From Octopus sinensis (taxonomy: Eukaryota), in assembly GCF_006345805.1 (NCBI RefSeq), contig NC_043007.1:25048001-25112000 (forward strand): 64,000 nucleotides of DNA, read 5' to 3'. A program made the translations under genes and the position numbers. Numbering within the stretch: the stretch's first letter is position 1; every line of letters begins with the position of its first letter. Shown here piece by piece: positions 26,388 through 40,590 of this stretch. The notes beneath the pieces are model-generated. The model did not search any database and was not told where the DNA came from. It worked only from the letters and a program-made list of their open reading frames with translations.

Positions 26388-26477
26388 ACGCATATTTGCC
26401 ATTTGAATATGGCTAACCCATAAACTACAGTAGCATCCACCCTATGGGTTAGCCATATTCAAATGGCAAATATGCGT
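26388..26477. repeat. Perfect 35-bp inverted repeat with 20-nt loop
   Basis: acgcatatttgccatttgaatatggctaacccata (26388-26422) is the exact reverse complement of 26443-26477. Confidence 0.92.
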
Positions 26478-26734
26478 TACTATATATATATAGTTTGTAG
26501 AAATACATAAATCTGGAGAAGCACACTCTAAGATGTAGAGCAGTTGATATTATAGTGGGGTAGGCCGGTTTATGGGGTTATCCTGGGTTTCTCGATCATT
26601 AGGGGTTTAGCCTCTATAAATATCTTAAAGAGGACTCGGGCCAGCAGTGTTTGAGGTCTGAAGATACGCCGTAAAGTTAAACCCTTTATGAGCGAGAAAC
26701 CCAATGTAACCTCCCAAACAAGCCAACCCTACTA

Positions 26735-26787
<53 letters not shown>

Positions 26788-26894
26788 ATATATATATATA
26801 CATCTAATATAGGATTAAATTTTTCGAAAAAAATTCTATCAATGGCCAGCATATTAAAAAATACCTCTAAAGGTTAAATTTGTTTATATATAAT

Positions 26895-27135
26895 GTTGTG
26901 CCTGGGGAGTGTCATTTTCTTTTTGTGCCTTATAATGTAATACACTCACCGGTAAAATTTCCACTTATTTCTTATTTTTATTTTCCTATAAATAAAAATA
27001 AGAAATAAGTGGAAATTTTACCGGTGCGTGTGTTACACAAAAAGAAAATGACTCTCCCCAGACACAACAGAATATGCTTCAACACACGAACTCATATAAA
27101 GAATCTTGCAAATCAAATCCGAAAACGAAATATAT
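26895..27135. mobile_element. Palindromic interspersed element, copy 1 (probable Penelope-like fragment)
   Basis: Perfect 37-bp arms at 26947-26983 and 26990-27026, with imperfect outer arms; near-identical copy at 62527-62772. Confidence 0.75.
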
Positions 27136-27304
27136 ATATATATATATATATACATACATAAATATATATGTATGCTATTAAGGTTCTCATTTTGTTAAAT
27201 GAATAAATAATTCAACATTCTAATATCCAAAAGTTGATGAACAAACTAAATTGTTTCTCTATTTTCTTATTTGTATTATATATAATATATATACAACATA
27301 TATA

Positions 27305-27336
<32 letters not shown>

Positions 27337-27362
27337 CATATATTATATATATATATATATAT

Positions 27363-27395
<33 letters not shown>

Positions 27396-27396
<1 letters not shown>

Positions 27397-27795
27397 TAGC
27401 AGTATCGCCCGGCGTTGCTCGGTTTGTAAGGGAAATAACTATATAAGCATTTTTAGAGAGTTATAGCCAAAAATATAGCAAAAAAATGCATTAAAAATGG
27501 AAAAAAAATTATGGTAATTTTTTTTTTAAATCGTTGACTCATCGTAGACATTTTTAGAGAGTTACTTCCCTTATATAATAGCGAAAAAATGCATTAAAAT
27601 GGGAAAAAAATTATGGTAAATATATTTTTTTAATCGTAGACTCATCGTAGACGCGCGCTAATACCCAGAAGGGCTCGATATGAATCACGACTATAAAATA
27701 CCCGGTTTTGGTTAAACTGCACCGCAAAATGTGGGAGTAGTTAGGAATCTAAATCGTAGGAGACAGACACACAACTTCACTTTTATATATAAAGA
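27396..27795 (-). mobile_element. Non-autonomous Helitron, copy 1
   Basis: On the minus strand: 5' TC, subterminal GC hairpin CCGAGCAACGCCGGG, 3' CTAG, inserted between A and T with no TSD. Confidence 0.85.
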
Positions 27796-29009
27796 TATAT
27801 ATATATCCGCGCGTGCATGAATCCTTTGACCAGTGAGGAGGATACGCGAAACTTGGAGTGACGACAAAGAGTGATCTCAACTCTTTAATAAATTATTGCA
27901 TGCTTCGTTTATATTAAATGCGTTTATTTACCTTTTCTTTGTAAACTGAAATACATACACAGGACTTCCACAAACACGCACAGACTCACAAACATAGTTC
28001 GCAGCTAATCAATGTTAATGAGCTGGTTATCAATCAGTTCATCAGCTTTGAGAAATCAGTGGCGTGTGATGAAGTGTTGACATATATATATATATTAACA
28101 AAAGGCACACAGTATTATGTATGTACGTATATATATATATATTGATCATGTATACGTCTGCATATATATACTATACACATACATTTATTCTTTTATTCCT
28201 TTACTTGCTTCAGTCATTGACTGCGGCCATGCTGAAGCACCGCCTTTAGTCGGACAATTCGACCCCTGGACTTATCTTTTGTATGCGCAGTACTTATTCC
28301 ATCAGTTTCTTTTGCCGAACCGCTAAGTTACAGGGACACACACCAACATCGGTTGTCAAGCGATGGTGGGGTGGGGGGACAAACACACACACACACACAC
28401 ACGCACATATATATATATATACATATATAATACGTACGTACACACATACATACACATTCATGCATACATACATACATACATACACACACATACATACACA
28501 CATACATACATACACACATACACATTCATGTATAGATACATACATACATACATACATACATACATACATACATACATACATACATGCATACATACATACA
28601 TACACACACATACATACATACATACATACATACATACATACACACATACATACATACATACATACATACATGCATGCATACATACATACATACATGCATG
28701 CATACATACATACATACACACACATACATACATACATACATACATACATACATACATACATACATACATACATACATACATACATTCGTATACGCATACG
28801 TGTGTATGTATATAAAATAAAATGGGAAAAAAAAACCCAGCGGGGCGGGGTTTATGTATATAAATATATATGTATTATATATGTGTATATTCATAATCAA
28901 CAGGTGGTCTTGTGTTGCTCAGGTGAGAAAAAAATCAAAAACTAAGCAGCTTCTATAGAAACCGACAGCAGCAACAGTGGTCAACAGCAGTAACTAGCAG
29001 CAGCTCATG

Positions 29010-30240
29010 TTGTTGTTATTGTTGTTGTTGTGGTGGTGGTGGTTATCGTGATCACGTATGGTTGTAGTAGTGAGAGTGGTGGTGGAGGTGGTTTGGTGCC
29101 AATTGTGCTGCGGCTGTCGTTTGTGGTGGTGGCGGTGGTGGAGATGGTGGAGGTGGCGGTTATGGTGGTGGTGGTGGTGGTGGTGGTGGTGGTGGTGGTG
29201 GTGGTGGTGGTAGTGGTGGTGGTGATGGTAGTGATGATGGTGGTGGTTATGGTGGTAGTGATGATGGTGGTGGTGATGGTAGTATGATGGTGGAGGTAGT
29301 GGTTATGGTGGTGGTGGTGGTAGTGGTGGTGGTGGTGATGATGGTGGTTATGGTGGTGGTGGTGGTGATGGTGTTGATGGTAGTGATGATGGTGGTGGTG
29401 ATGGTGATTGTAGTGTTGGTGGAGGTGGTGGTTATGGTGGTGGTGGTAGTGGTGGTGTTGATGGTAGTAATGATGGTGGAGGTGGTGGTGGTAGTGGTGG
29501 TAGTGGTTATGGTGGTGGTGGTGGTGATGGTATTGATGGTAGTGATGATGGTGGTGGTGATGGTGATTGTAGTGATGGTGGAGGTGGTGGTGGTAGTGGT
29601 GGTGTTGATGGTAGTAATGATGGTGGAGGTGGTGGTGGTGGTAGTGGTGGTGGTGGTGATGGTAGTGATGATGGTGGTGGTGGTTTTGGTGGTGGTGGTG
29701 ATGGTGGTGTTAATGGTGTTACGGCGGTTGTTGTTGCTGTTTGTGGCGGCAGTGGTGATACAGTTTATTATGAGGTTATGGTGGTAGTGGTGATGGGTTT
29801 TGGGTGTTGGTTGTGGTGGTGGTGGTGGTTGTTTTGGCGGAAGGGATGTTGGGTTTGGTGCTGTCGTGGTTTTTGCTGTTGATGTTGATGTTGTTGTTCT
29901 TGGTGGTGGTGGTGGTGGTGGTGGTGGTGGTGGTGGTGATGGTAGTGATGATGGTGGTGGTGATGATGATGGTAGTATGATGGTGGAGGTGGTGGTTAAG
30001 GTGGTGGTGAGGTGGTAGTGGTGGTGTTGATGGTAGTAATGATGGTGGAGGTGGTGGTGACAGTGATGGTGATAGTGGTGTTTGTGGTTAGTATAGTAGT
30101 GCCGACGGTGGTGGTGGTGGTCGTGGTGATGGTAAATAGCGACCGCGACCGCGGGGTCGTAACAGTAACGGTCATGGTGCGAGTGGTAACAGGAACTGCT
30201 GTAGTGGCGGCGACGGTGGTGGTGGTGGTAGTGTTGACAA
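29010..30240. repeat. 1.2-kb compound (GGT/GAT/GTA)n trinucleotide tract
   Basis: Continuous GGT-rich triplets with recurring higher-order blocks such as gtagtggtggtgttgatggtagtaatgatggtggaggtggtgg at about 29445, 29594 and 30016. Confidence 0.9.
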
Positions 30241-31074
30241 CAACAACAACAACAACAAAACAGCAACAATTAAGAACAGGTACAACAACAATAACAACAA
30301 CAAACATAAAAATAATAACTGTTAGCCTTAACATACGGAAACTTACTGATTCGAAAAACTTTCATGAATTATATATATACACGCATTAGTTTTGCACATA
30401 TCAATTATACACTCTCTTATATATACACAAACACACAGACATACAAACACACAGACACACACACACGCACACACAGACACACAGACACAGACTCGATAAT
30501 TTTACAGTTAATATATGAAAAATATTAAAATATTTACTAACCTACCCGAATTATCGTTTGATAAGAAGCGTTGCTAAGAACGCTTTGCTGCCGTTTTACG
30601 ATGTTTATGTATATATAAGTGTGTGTGTGTGTGTATGTGCGTGTGTATATACGTGAGTGTGTGTCAGACGAACATACATACATACATATATACGTACGTA
30701 CATACATACATACATACATACATACATACATACATACATACATACATACGTACATACATATATACATACATACACACACACATACATACATACATACATA
30801 CATACATACACACACATACATACATACATACACATACATACATACACACACACATGCATACAAACATACATACATACATACACACACACACATACATACA
30901 TACATACAGACATACATACATACAAACATACATACATACATACACATACATACATACACACACACACATACATACATACATACATACATACACACACATA
31001 CATACATACATACATACATACATACATACATACATACATACATACATACATACATACATACATACATAGTTTTG

Positions 31075-31660
31075 AGCTGGCAGAAACGTTAGCACGCCGG
31101 GCGAAATGCCTAGCGGTATGTCGTCTGCCGCTACGTTCTGAGTTCAAATTCCGCCGAGGTTGACTTTACCTTTCATCCTTTCGGGGTCGATTAAATAAGT
31201 AGCAGTTACGCACTGGGGTCTATATAATCGACTTAATCCGTTTGTCTGTCCTTGTTTGTCCCCTCTGTGTGTAGCCCCTTGTGGGTAGTAAAGAAATAGA
31301 AATAGGTATGTCGTCTGCCTTTACGTTCTGAGTTCAAATTCCGCCGAGGTTGACTTTACCTTTCATCCTTTCGGGGTCGATTAAATAAGTACCAGTTACG
31401 CACTGGGGTCGATATAATCGACTTAATCCGTTTGTCTGTCCCCTCTGTGTGTAGCCCCTTGTGGGTAGTAAAGAAATAGAAATAGGTATGTCGTCTGCCT
31501 TGCGTTCTGAGTTCAAATTCTGCCGAAGTCGACTTTGTCTTTCATCCTTTCGGGGTCGATAAATTAAGTACCAGTTAATCACTGGGGTCGATGTAAATCG
31601 ACTTAATCCCCTTGTTCGTCCCCTCTATGTTTAACCCCCTGTGGGCAATAAAGAAATATA
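31075..31660 (+). mobile_element. Tandem trimer of SINE family B
   Basis: gagttcaaattc at 31140, 31330 and 31509; follows a long (TACA)n tract. Confidence 0.85.
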
Positions 31661-32300
31661 TATTTATGTATGTGTGCGCGTGATGTGTGTCTGATTACGT
31701 CTCTAATTGTTTGATATAAATATGTATATATGCGTATATATTATACATAAATATATATATATATTATATTATATATATATATATGTTTGTATATAAATAT
31801 CCATAGATACATAAACATGTGTGTCTATGTTTATATATTTGCAAATATAAATGTAGACATAACTACACAAACGAATCCCTACTGACTTTGTTTCCTCATA
31901 CATTTCAGAAAATGGGGCATTTTTTAATAAAATTTTCTACAAATACGCTTCAGATAGAGTGCATTCCCATTATAACGGAATTTATTGTAAAAATAAATTC
32001 CCGAAGGTGGGAGAGGAATTTCGTAAAATTCACAAGAGTTGCCTTTGTTTCCTCATAACCCTCAGAAAAATATTTAGATTTTTTTTTCATGAAATTTTCA
32101 ACAAATATCTTTCAAACAATGTATATTTCGATTATATCACAATTTAGGGTGAAAGAAAAAATATTGGTGTCCTCGCATATATACATACTGATACACATCA
32201 CATATCTACGAAATGAAACGTGAAATTTTGAAAAAATTACGTGATGTGGTCAATATGTATGTGTGCGTGCCCACCAGTTCTTTTTACTTCTTATTGCATA

Positions 32301-32696
32301 CTAGCAGTATCGCCCGGCGTAGCTCGGGTTTGTAAGGGAAATAACTATCTAAGCATTTTTAGAGAGTTATAGCCAAAAAATAGCAAAAAATGCATTAAAA
32401 ATGGAAAAAAAATAATGTTAAATTTTTTTTAAATCGTTGACTCATCGTAGATATTTTTAGAGAGTTACTTCCCTTATATAATAGCGAAAAAATGCATTAA
32501 AATGGAAAAAAATGATGGTAATTTTTTTTTTAAATCGTAGACTCATCGTAGACGCGCGCTAATACCCAGAAGGGCTCGATATGAATCACGACTATAAGAT
32601 ACCCGGTTTTGGTTAAACTGCACCGCAAAATGTGGGAGTAGTTAGGAATCTAAATCGTAGGAGACAGACACACAACTTCACTTTTATATATAAAGA
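32301..32696 (-). mobile_element. Non-autonomous Helitron, copy 2
   Basis: Near-identical to 27396-27795; TC...hairpin...CTAG ends; A|T target (a32300, t32697). Confidence 0.85.
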
Positions 32697-34739
32697 TTAA
32701 ATTTCGATGTAATCGTAATCTAAGCATTCTAAAACGTATTTGTAAAAAAAATTCATTAAGAAATATCTATTTTCCTGAAACTTCTGAGGAAACAAAATAG
32801 CCTTAAAGCTTGACAACTACATCTCCCTTTTCCCCTCAGGACGTGCTCCTTTGGTCTCTGCCTCCCAGCTGTCGTCTACAAGGCAGTAGAGCAGTGATCG
32901 ATACCCATCATAGTAGGCCTATCTATTGCATTGTGTTTACTGCTACTCTGAGATACGCAAAGTTAGTCTGTGACTGCAAAGTACCCAATTACCATGTGTG
33001 ATCATGCGTAAAAGTCTGATAGGACCCTCTTGTCGACGGAGAGTCTGTGTTATGGCAGAAAAAATATATACACTAGGTCGCTCCTCACTTTACTACAGTT
33101 GCACATGGCCCAGTAGTTAGAGTGTCGGGATCACAATCATGAATTAATGAGTTCGTTTCCCGGACCGAGCTGTGTGTTGTATTTTTGAGTGAGACAGTTT
33201 ATTTTCACGTTGCTCCAGTTCAATGAAATGTGTTGCGACATCACTGGTGCCAAGCTGTACTGGCCATTGCGTTTCCTTTGAACACATCATTCGTGGTGTG
33301 GAGAGGAGAGGCTGGCATGTATGTGCGACTGCTGGTCTTCCATAAACAACTTTGCTCGAACTTGTGCTTTGGAAGGGAACTCTCTTGATGAAATCCCATG
33401 GTCGTTCATGACCGAAGAGTCGTTACCCCTTTTACAGTGGCAGGAAGAGAGTTGCAATCACTGGCGCCCTAGATACATTATATTTGGCATATATGGATGT
33501 ATAAGGCGGCGTGCTGGCAGACTCGTTAGCGCGCCGGGCGAAATGCTTAGCGGTATTTCGTCTGTCGTTACGTTCTGAGTTCAAATTCCGCCGAGGTCGA
33601 CTTTACCTTTCATCCTTTCGGGGTCGATAAATAAAGTACCAGTTTCGCACTGGGTGGGAGGGGTCGATGTAATCGACTTAATCCCTTTGACTGTCCTTGT
33701 TTGTCCCCTCTGTGTTTAGCCCCTTGTGGGCAATAAAGAAATATATATGGATGTATACATACACACACACACACACACACACACCACACAGGTGGCGATG
33801 GGGAAAGGAGAGATATTGTGGAGAAAAAAATCAGGTGTATAATATAAGGGAAATAACTCTAATAAACGAGTTACCTCCCTTAAACCACTTTACAATTATT
33901 TATATGTTCATTATAATTTATTTATCTAAAGTGGCGAACTGGAAGAATCGTTTGGACATCGGACAAAATGCTTCGTGACATTTCTTCCGGCTTTACGTTC
34001 GGAATTCAAATTCCGTCGAAATCGACTTTACATTTCGTTCTTTTGAGATAAAAAAAAAAGAGAAAAAAGTACCTATTTCTTTACTACCCACAAGGTGCTA
34101 AACATAGAGGGGACAAACAAGGACTGACAAACGGATTAAATCGATTATATCGACCCCAGTGCGTAACTGGTACTTATTTAATCGACCTCGAAAGGATGAA
34201 AGGCAAAGTCGACCTCAGCGGAATTTGAACTCGGAACATAACGACAGACGAAATACGGCTACGCATTTCGCCCGGCGTGCTAACGTTTTTGCCAGCTCGC
34301 CGTACCACTTGAACACAGAGGTCGATGAAAGAGGCCCCTTTCTCAAAATTCTAGGCATTGTACCTATAGTAGAAAGAGTTATTATTATTCAGCCGAAGTT
34401 CATTTTGTCTTTTATCTTTTCGGGGTCAATAAAACATATACCAGTTGCGCAATGACTAGTCCTATTCTCCCAAAACTTTATACCTTGTGCCAATGGCAGA
34501 AAGAATTATTATTATTATTATTATTATTAGAATCGTTTGCACGCCGGGAAAAATGCTTACCGGCATTTCGTCCGTCTTTACGTTTTGAGTTCGAATTCTG
34601 CCGAGGTCGACTTGGCCATTCATACTTCCAGCATCGATAAACTAAGTACCAGTCATCTACTGAGGTCGATATAATCGACTAGATCTCTCATCCAATTTTT
34701 CAGCCTTGTATCTTTGTTAGAAAGAATTATTATTATTAA

Positions 34740-34774
<35 letters not shown>

Positions 34775-35033
34775 GAATCGTTTGCACGCCGGGCAAAATG
34801 CTTAGTGGCTTTTCATCCGCCTGTACTGTAATCGACAATACCCCCTCCCCTCAAATGTTAGGCCTTGTACCTTTAGTAAAAAGGATTTTTATTCTTATTT
34901 TTGAGGCGCTGAGCTGGCGAAATCTTTCAGTACCAATAAAATTGAGTACTAATGAAACACTCAGATCAACATGATCGACTAGTTCCCTACTGCAAAGTTT
35001 CAGGCCTTGTGCCTATAGTGGAAAGGATTATAA

Positions 35034-35090
<57 letters not shown>

Positions 35091-35107
35091 CATCATTATT
35101 ATTATTA

Positions 35108-35730
35108 TTGAGTGAGAGAGCAGTGCATGCCATCAAAGTGACACTGGGGTAAAATATACGAAGCCCAGTATACCCATCATGACTACTCATCTGATAAGGG
35201 TACACTAGGCACATGCATCTCAACCATGTGTACGCGACATGGTGATCTCATATCAAGATAAACAGCACATGACCTTGCGGGTGGGGCCCAGTTAGAATTT
35301 TCTTCTGGTTGAGTAACCCATCCTACTCAAAAGGTCCCTGAATAAGGATTGTTTAAGGATGTTGAAAGAACCACCCATGTTTTCAAAGGTGAATTATCCA
35401 AACCCCAAAGAATTCCTTTCAACACACGGCTATGATGCTCCCCCACTACTTCTGCTCGTGATCAGAGATGCACATATCATCAGCCACTAAGGGACATGCT
35501 CAACTGGTTAAGGTCAAACAACTGACAAGCAAATCTGTGGTATTGAGCAGAATATTTGCTGTAGCCCATCTTTTATACCAAGACAGAACAATGTACATGA
35601 TAGCACTTTCAATCAGTTAAGATGAGAAGCCACGAGATCCACTGTCTGGTACTGCATCAGGGCATTGTGAGCCATGAGAGCCACTGCCCGGTACTGCATC
35701 AGGGTATTTATTATTATTATTATTATTATT
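35108..35730 (+). mobile_element. About 600-bp retroposon-like interspersed repeat with (ATT)n tail
   Basis: gagtgagagagcagtgcatgccatcaaagtgacactgg...ggtactgcatcagggtatttattatt; second copy at about 58550-59110. Family not identified. Confidence 0.7.
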
Positions 35731-35944
35731 AAGGCGCTGAGCTGGTAGAGTTGTTAACACGCAGGGCAAAAGGCTTAGTATCATTTTGTCTGTCTTTACT
35801 TTCTGACATCAAGTTCCACCGTGGTCAACTTTACCATTCATCTATTCGGGCTCAATAAAATAAGTACCAGTTGAACCCTGGGGTCGATCTAATTGACTGG
35901 CCCCCTCCCACAAAATTTCAGGGCTTGTCCCTACAGTAGAAAGG

Positions 35945-35993
<49 letters not shown>

Positions 35994-36417
35994 GGAGTGG
36001 CTGTGTGGTAAGTAGCTTGTTTACCAACCACATGGTTCCGGGTTCAGTCCCACTGTGTGGCACCTTGGGCAAGTGTCTTCTACTATAGCTTCAGGCCAAC
36101 CAAAACCTTGTGAATGGATTTGGTAGACGGAAACTGAAAGCAGCCCGTCGTATATATGTATATATATATATATGTATGTGTGTGTATATATTTGTGTGTC
36201 TGTGTTTGTCACACACACACACACCCAACATCGCTTGACAACCGATGCTGGTGTTTTTACATCCCTGTAATTTAGCAGTTGAGCAAAAGAGACTGGTAGA
36301 ATAAGTACTAGGCTTACAAAGAATAAGTCCTGGGGTTGAGGTACTCAACTAAAGGCAGTGCTCCAGCATAGCTGCAGCCAAATCACTGAAACAAGTAAAA
36401 GAATAAAAAAAAAAAAG

Positions 36418-36451
<34 letters not shown>

Positions 36452-36618
36452 CCGTCGATTAGATCAGCCCCAGTAAGCAACTGGTATTTAATTTATCGAC
36501 CCCGAAAGGATGAAAGGCAAAGTTGACCTTGGCAGAATTTGAACTCTGAATGTAAAGACAGACAAAGTGCCACTAAGCATTTTGCCTCGCGTGGTAACGT
36601 TTCTGCCAATTCGCCGCC

Positions 36619-36851
36619 TTAACCCTTTCGTTACCAACCCGGCCAAAACCGGCTCTGGCTCTGAGTTCAAATATCTTATTTTCATAAGTTTTGACTTAAC
36701 ATCTTCCATCAAACCTTAGTCACAATTTATGTTTGTAACACTCGCTTAATGATAACTAAGTTAAGTTATTTTACTAAATTCTTTATTATATTTAAAATAA
36801 TTGAAAGAAACACAGAGAATCTCAAAATAAATACAGTAACGAAAGGATTAA
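36619..36851. mobile_element. piggyBac-like MITE
   Basis: TTAA-CCCTTTCGTTAC ... GTAACGAAAGGA-TTAA, giving TIRs with a TTAA TSD. Confidence 0.8.
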
Positions 36852-37992
36852 TAATGATAAAACAGTGCAGGGCCAGCAATTTTTGAGAGGAAAAGGAAGT
36901 TGATTACATCAACCCCAGTGCAACCCTAAAAGGATGAAAGGCAAAGTTAACCTTAGGAGAATTTGATCTCTGATCTTAAAGACAAACGAAATGCTGTGAA
37001 GCATTTAGTCTGGCTTGCTAGTAATAAAAACAATGGGAAACAGAAAAAGACCCCAAAAATACAACAAAAAATTATGAGGATTTTTATACATTTTGCTTTA
37101 TTATGAACATCTTGTAAATTTTTAAATACAATTCTTTCGGCATTCCATCATGGAAAGTTTCCAAAAGAAGAAATCATGGAACAAACATTAGAAGGGATAA
37201 AAAAAAAATGAAAGAAGAGAAGAGGAGTAGAGAGAAAGAAGAGAAATAGGTGTGAAAATTTTAAAGGGATTCCAAACAAAAAAAAATAAAGAATCAAAAC
37301 TAAATATAAGTAATAATTACAAAATAAAACAAACTTAAAAGTTGTGTAAAATAGGAGTGATTTTTTTGTTGTTTTTATGGAATGTGTAACGTAACATTTC
37401 TTCAATTTTTTTTTTATTTGTGTATTTTTTTATTATTTTTTAGTCAGATTTGGAAAGAATATTTCTTTAGCATTGATTCATTCTTCTGGCAAGGATATCG
37501 GCACTCGGAACCATCCATTTGTGCATGTGTGAATTTTGTGCGGTTTCGCTGAGGAAATATAACAAATGAAATTAAATGGGATTAAATAAAGTCAAACAGT
37601 GAATGCACACTCTCAGAGTCCCTTGGTTGAATAAATATCCAAGTCTTATAGACCTTCTGATCTTAAAGACCCAGCACTGAGAAGACCCATTAGTATAAGG
37701 CAGATTTAGTGTTCTTCTAAATCCAGTGATCTATTGGTCTAAGACTTTGGTTCTTTGGTATATCAAAACATTTAGGACATCAAAATTTCAATGAACAAAA
37801 ACGTTACCATTCATATTGCATGTCTGCAGATATATTTGAATGTTTGTGTGTGCATTGGTGTAAGAATACATGTATGCATATATGTATGGATGCATGTATG
37901 TATGTGTGTGTGTGTGTGTGCAAGTGTAGGCATGCATGTGTAGAATATATGAGTATATGTGTATGTATATACATATATGTGTATGTGTGTAT

Positions 37993-38054
<62 letters not shown>

Positions 38055-38638
38055 TACACACACACACATATATATCCATTCATACATACATACATGTACA
38101 CATATATTCATATATTATTATGGCTGCCCTCTCGTTATTGAGTATGGCCATTGTACGAAGCTTAACTGTCACTGGTGCTGTGATCGAATGTGACTTTTTA
38201 GCCCAGCTAAAGATCTACAATGTCTTGTAAAAAAACAAAACCCGTCAAAGGGCGGAGGAACTCTTGAGAGTCAACGGCCATCCAATAAATGTGGTTTTTT
38301 TTTGTTTTTTTTCCTTCTTAAGGCTTAAGGCTGTATCATGCGCGGGGACATAGAAATAATCGGACTGAATATTTATATATATATTTATACATACATAAAT
38401 ATATAGATCTATATATTTATGTATCCACATGCATTGAGTCATGTACACGCACACTTACACACACATAAATGTACATGTATATATACACACACTTATGTTT
38501 GTGTATATCTGTAGGTACATATTTATATCTGTGTGTGTGTGTGTGCATGCGTTTTAATGCATAAATGCGTGCATACGTGTATTTATATATATATATATAT
38601 ATGTAATATAATATATATATATATATACTATATATATG

Positions 38639-38808
<170 letters not shown>

Positions 38809-39588
38809 TGTGTGTATGTATGCTTTCTGAGTTTCTTGCATATTGGATGAAGTGCATGCATTCTTCTAAATAAAGGCACATATTTATTAAACAATATATA
38901 TATTTGTTAAAGGACACAAGTCTTGTATAAGTTTAGTGAAATATTGATCACAATTTTGTGTAAGAAAAAAACAAGGGGTTACGTTTTGGAAAACAATTTT
39001 ATTGATCCTGTTTTGCTTATTTCTACTTCTCACGTGGATATCAATATTTGACAGGCATGCAGACATTTTGTGGGAAATTTTTGGCACCTTTAGTAAGCAA
39101 ATTTCAGTGATTTGACTAATGATTAATGAAAATTGGTCTCAGAAGTTGGTGTTTTGTTTAGAGACATAGAGAGAAAAATCAAGGAGTGATAAAAAAAAGA
39201 ACTGTTATTGAAAAGTGGGGAAACAGCAATATGTTACAATGGTTGGGTAGGTGGCTGGTTATGTGGTATTGACTTAGAAATGGCTGCTATTCACAACCAT
39301 TGCTATGAAAGGGTAAAATTTTGAAAAACAAAATATTGGAAAATTTGAACCATCTTACTATTGTTATCTTTTACAAGGCACAAACTGATTCTGTATGTAT
39401 GTGTATGTGTATACATATATGTATATGTATGTATGTATATATATGTATATAAGTGTTATATATATATATATATATTATATATATATATATATATAATATA
39501 TATAATTATACATACATTACACATGTGTGTTATTATATATATATATATACAAATACACATATGTATATATATATATATATATATACAC

Positions 39589-39640
<52 letters not shown>

Positions 39641-39649
39641 CAATATATA

Positions 39650-39692
<43 letters not shown>

Positions 39693-40526
39693 CAATATAC
39701 ATGTACTGTGTGTGTGTGAATATATGTGTATATATTTGTGTGTGTGATCATATGTATGTCTGTATATGTGTGTGTCTGAATGTGAATTTGTGTGCGTGTA
39801 TGTATACATATGTGAATTACAATGCTATTCTTTTGCTTTTTGGGAAATGTAAGAAGGCAAAGTATATAAAAAAAAACAGTTTTACTTCTGTCAACATAAT
39901 AATCAAATAATCGAAGAGGAGAGACCATATATTCCTCATATTCTACTACAAGAGACCAAAATGTGAGAACCAGCTCAACATTTATAGATTTCTGATATAG
40001 ACAGAGAAGACCAAACATTTGCTCCCTGCACTTTGCTGGTATTTATCAAATCAATTTTCTCCATAAGAGCAAAGGACCTGAATTTGAGACTCAGCTCAGC
40101 ATTATGTACCCGACATAAACCACTCGCCATTCTCAAGGAAGAACAAGACCCTGCCAAAAAAAGCTACCATTTTCTTAGTGCTTGTTCATAAAATATCATA
40201 AAAGATTTTCTTTACTTTCTTTTAGAAGATTACATAAGAATCTTTTTCAAAAACAAATGATTATTTAATTTTTGTTGCAAGGCAAAGTTTGTATAAAATA
40301 CATCTGAATTGTTGTCGTTCAAATAATTTTTTTAAATACCTAAATATGTCCAAGATTGTTTTTTCAATAAAAGTTATAATTTTTAAAAGTATTAAACCCA
40401 TTTTTTAAAATTTTAAAGCGATTGTATGTAAATTGAATATGTATATATATACAATTGTATACAAACATGCATACATATATATGTGTATATATATATATAT
40501 GCATATATATACACACACATATATAT

Positions 40527-40590
<64 letters not shown>

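Noticed and set aside
28893-28925. Plus-strand caacag|19 nt|gtgaga micro-exon pattern
   Set aside because: No host gene is evident on the plus strand; likely a chance match.
29030-30389. Thr-rich 340-aa and Val/Met-rich ORFs that look mucin-like
   Set aside because: Arise from the GGT/GAT triplet tract; no credible start, splice sites or unique domain.
22552-31163. Many [12 protein letters not shown] ORFs across the window
   Set aside because: Translations of (TA)n, (CA)n and (TACA)n microsatellites.
39975-40165. About 60-68-aa stop-free frames on both strands with a possible minus-strand acceptor
   Set aside because: No recognisable homology, and the long frame is not phase-compatible with any donor in the preceding PLC-beta exon.
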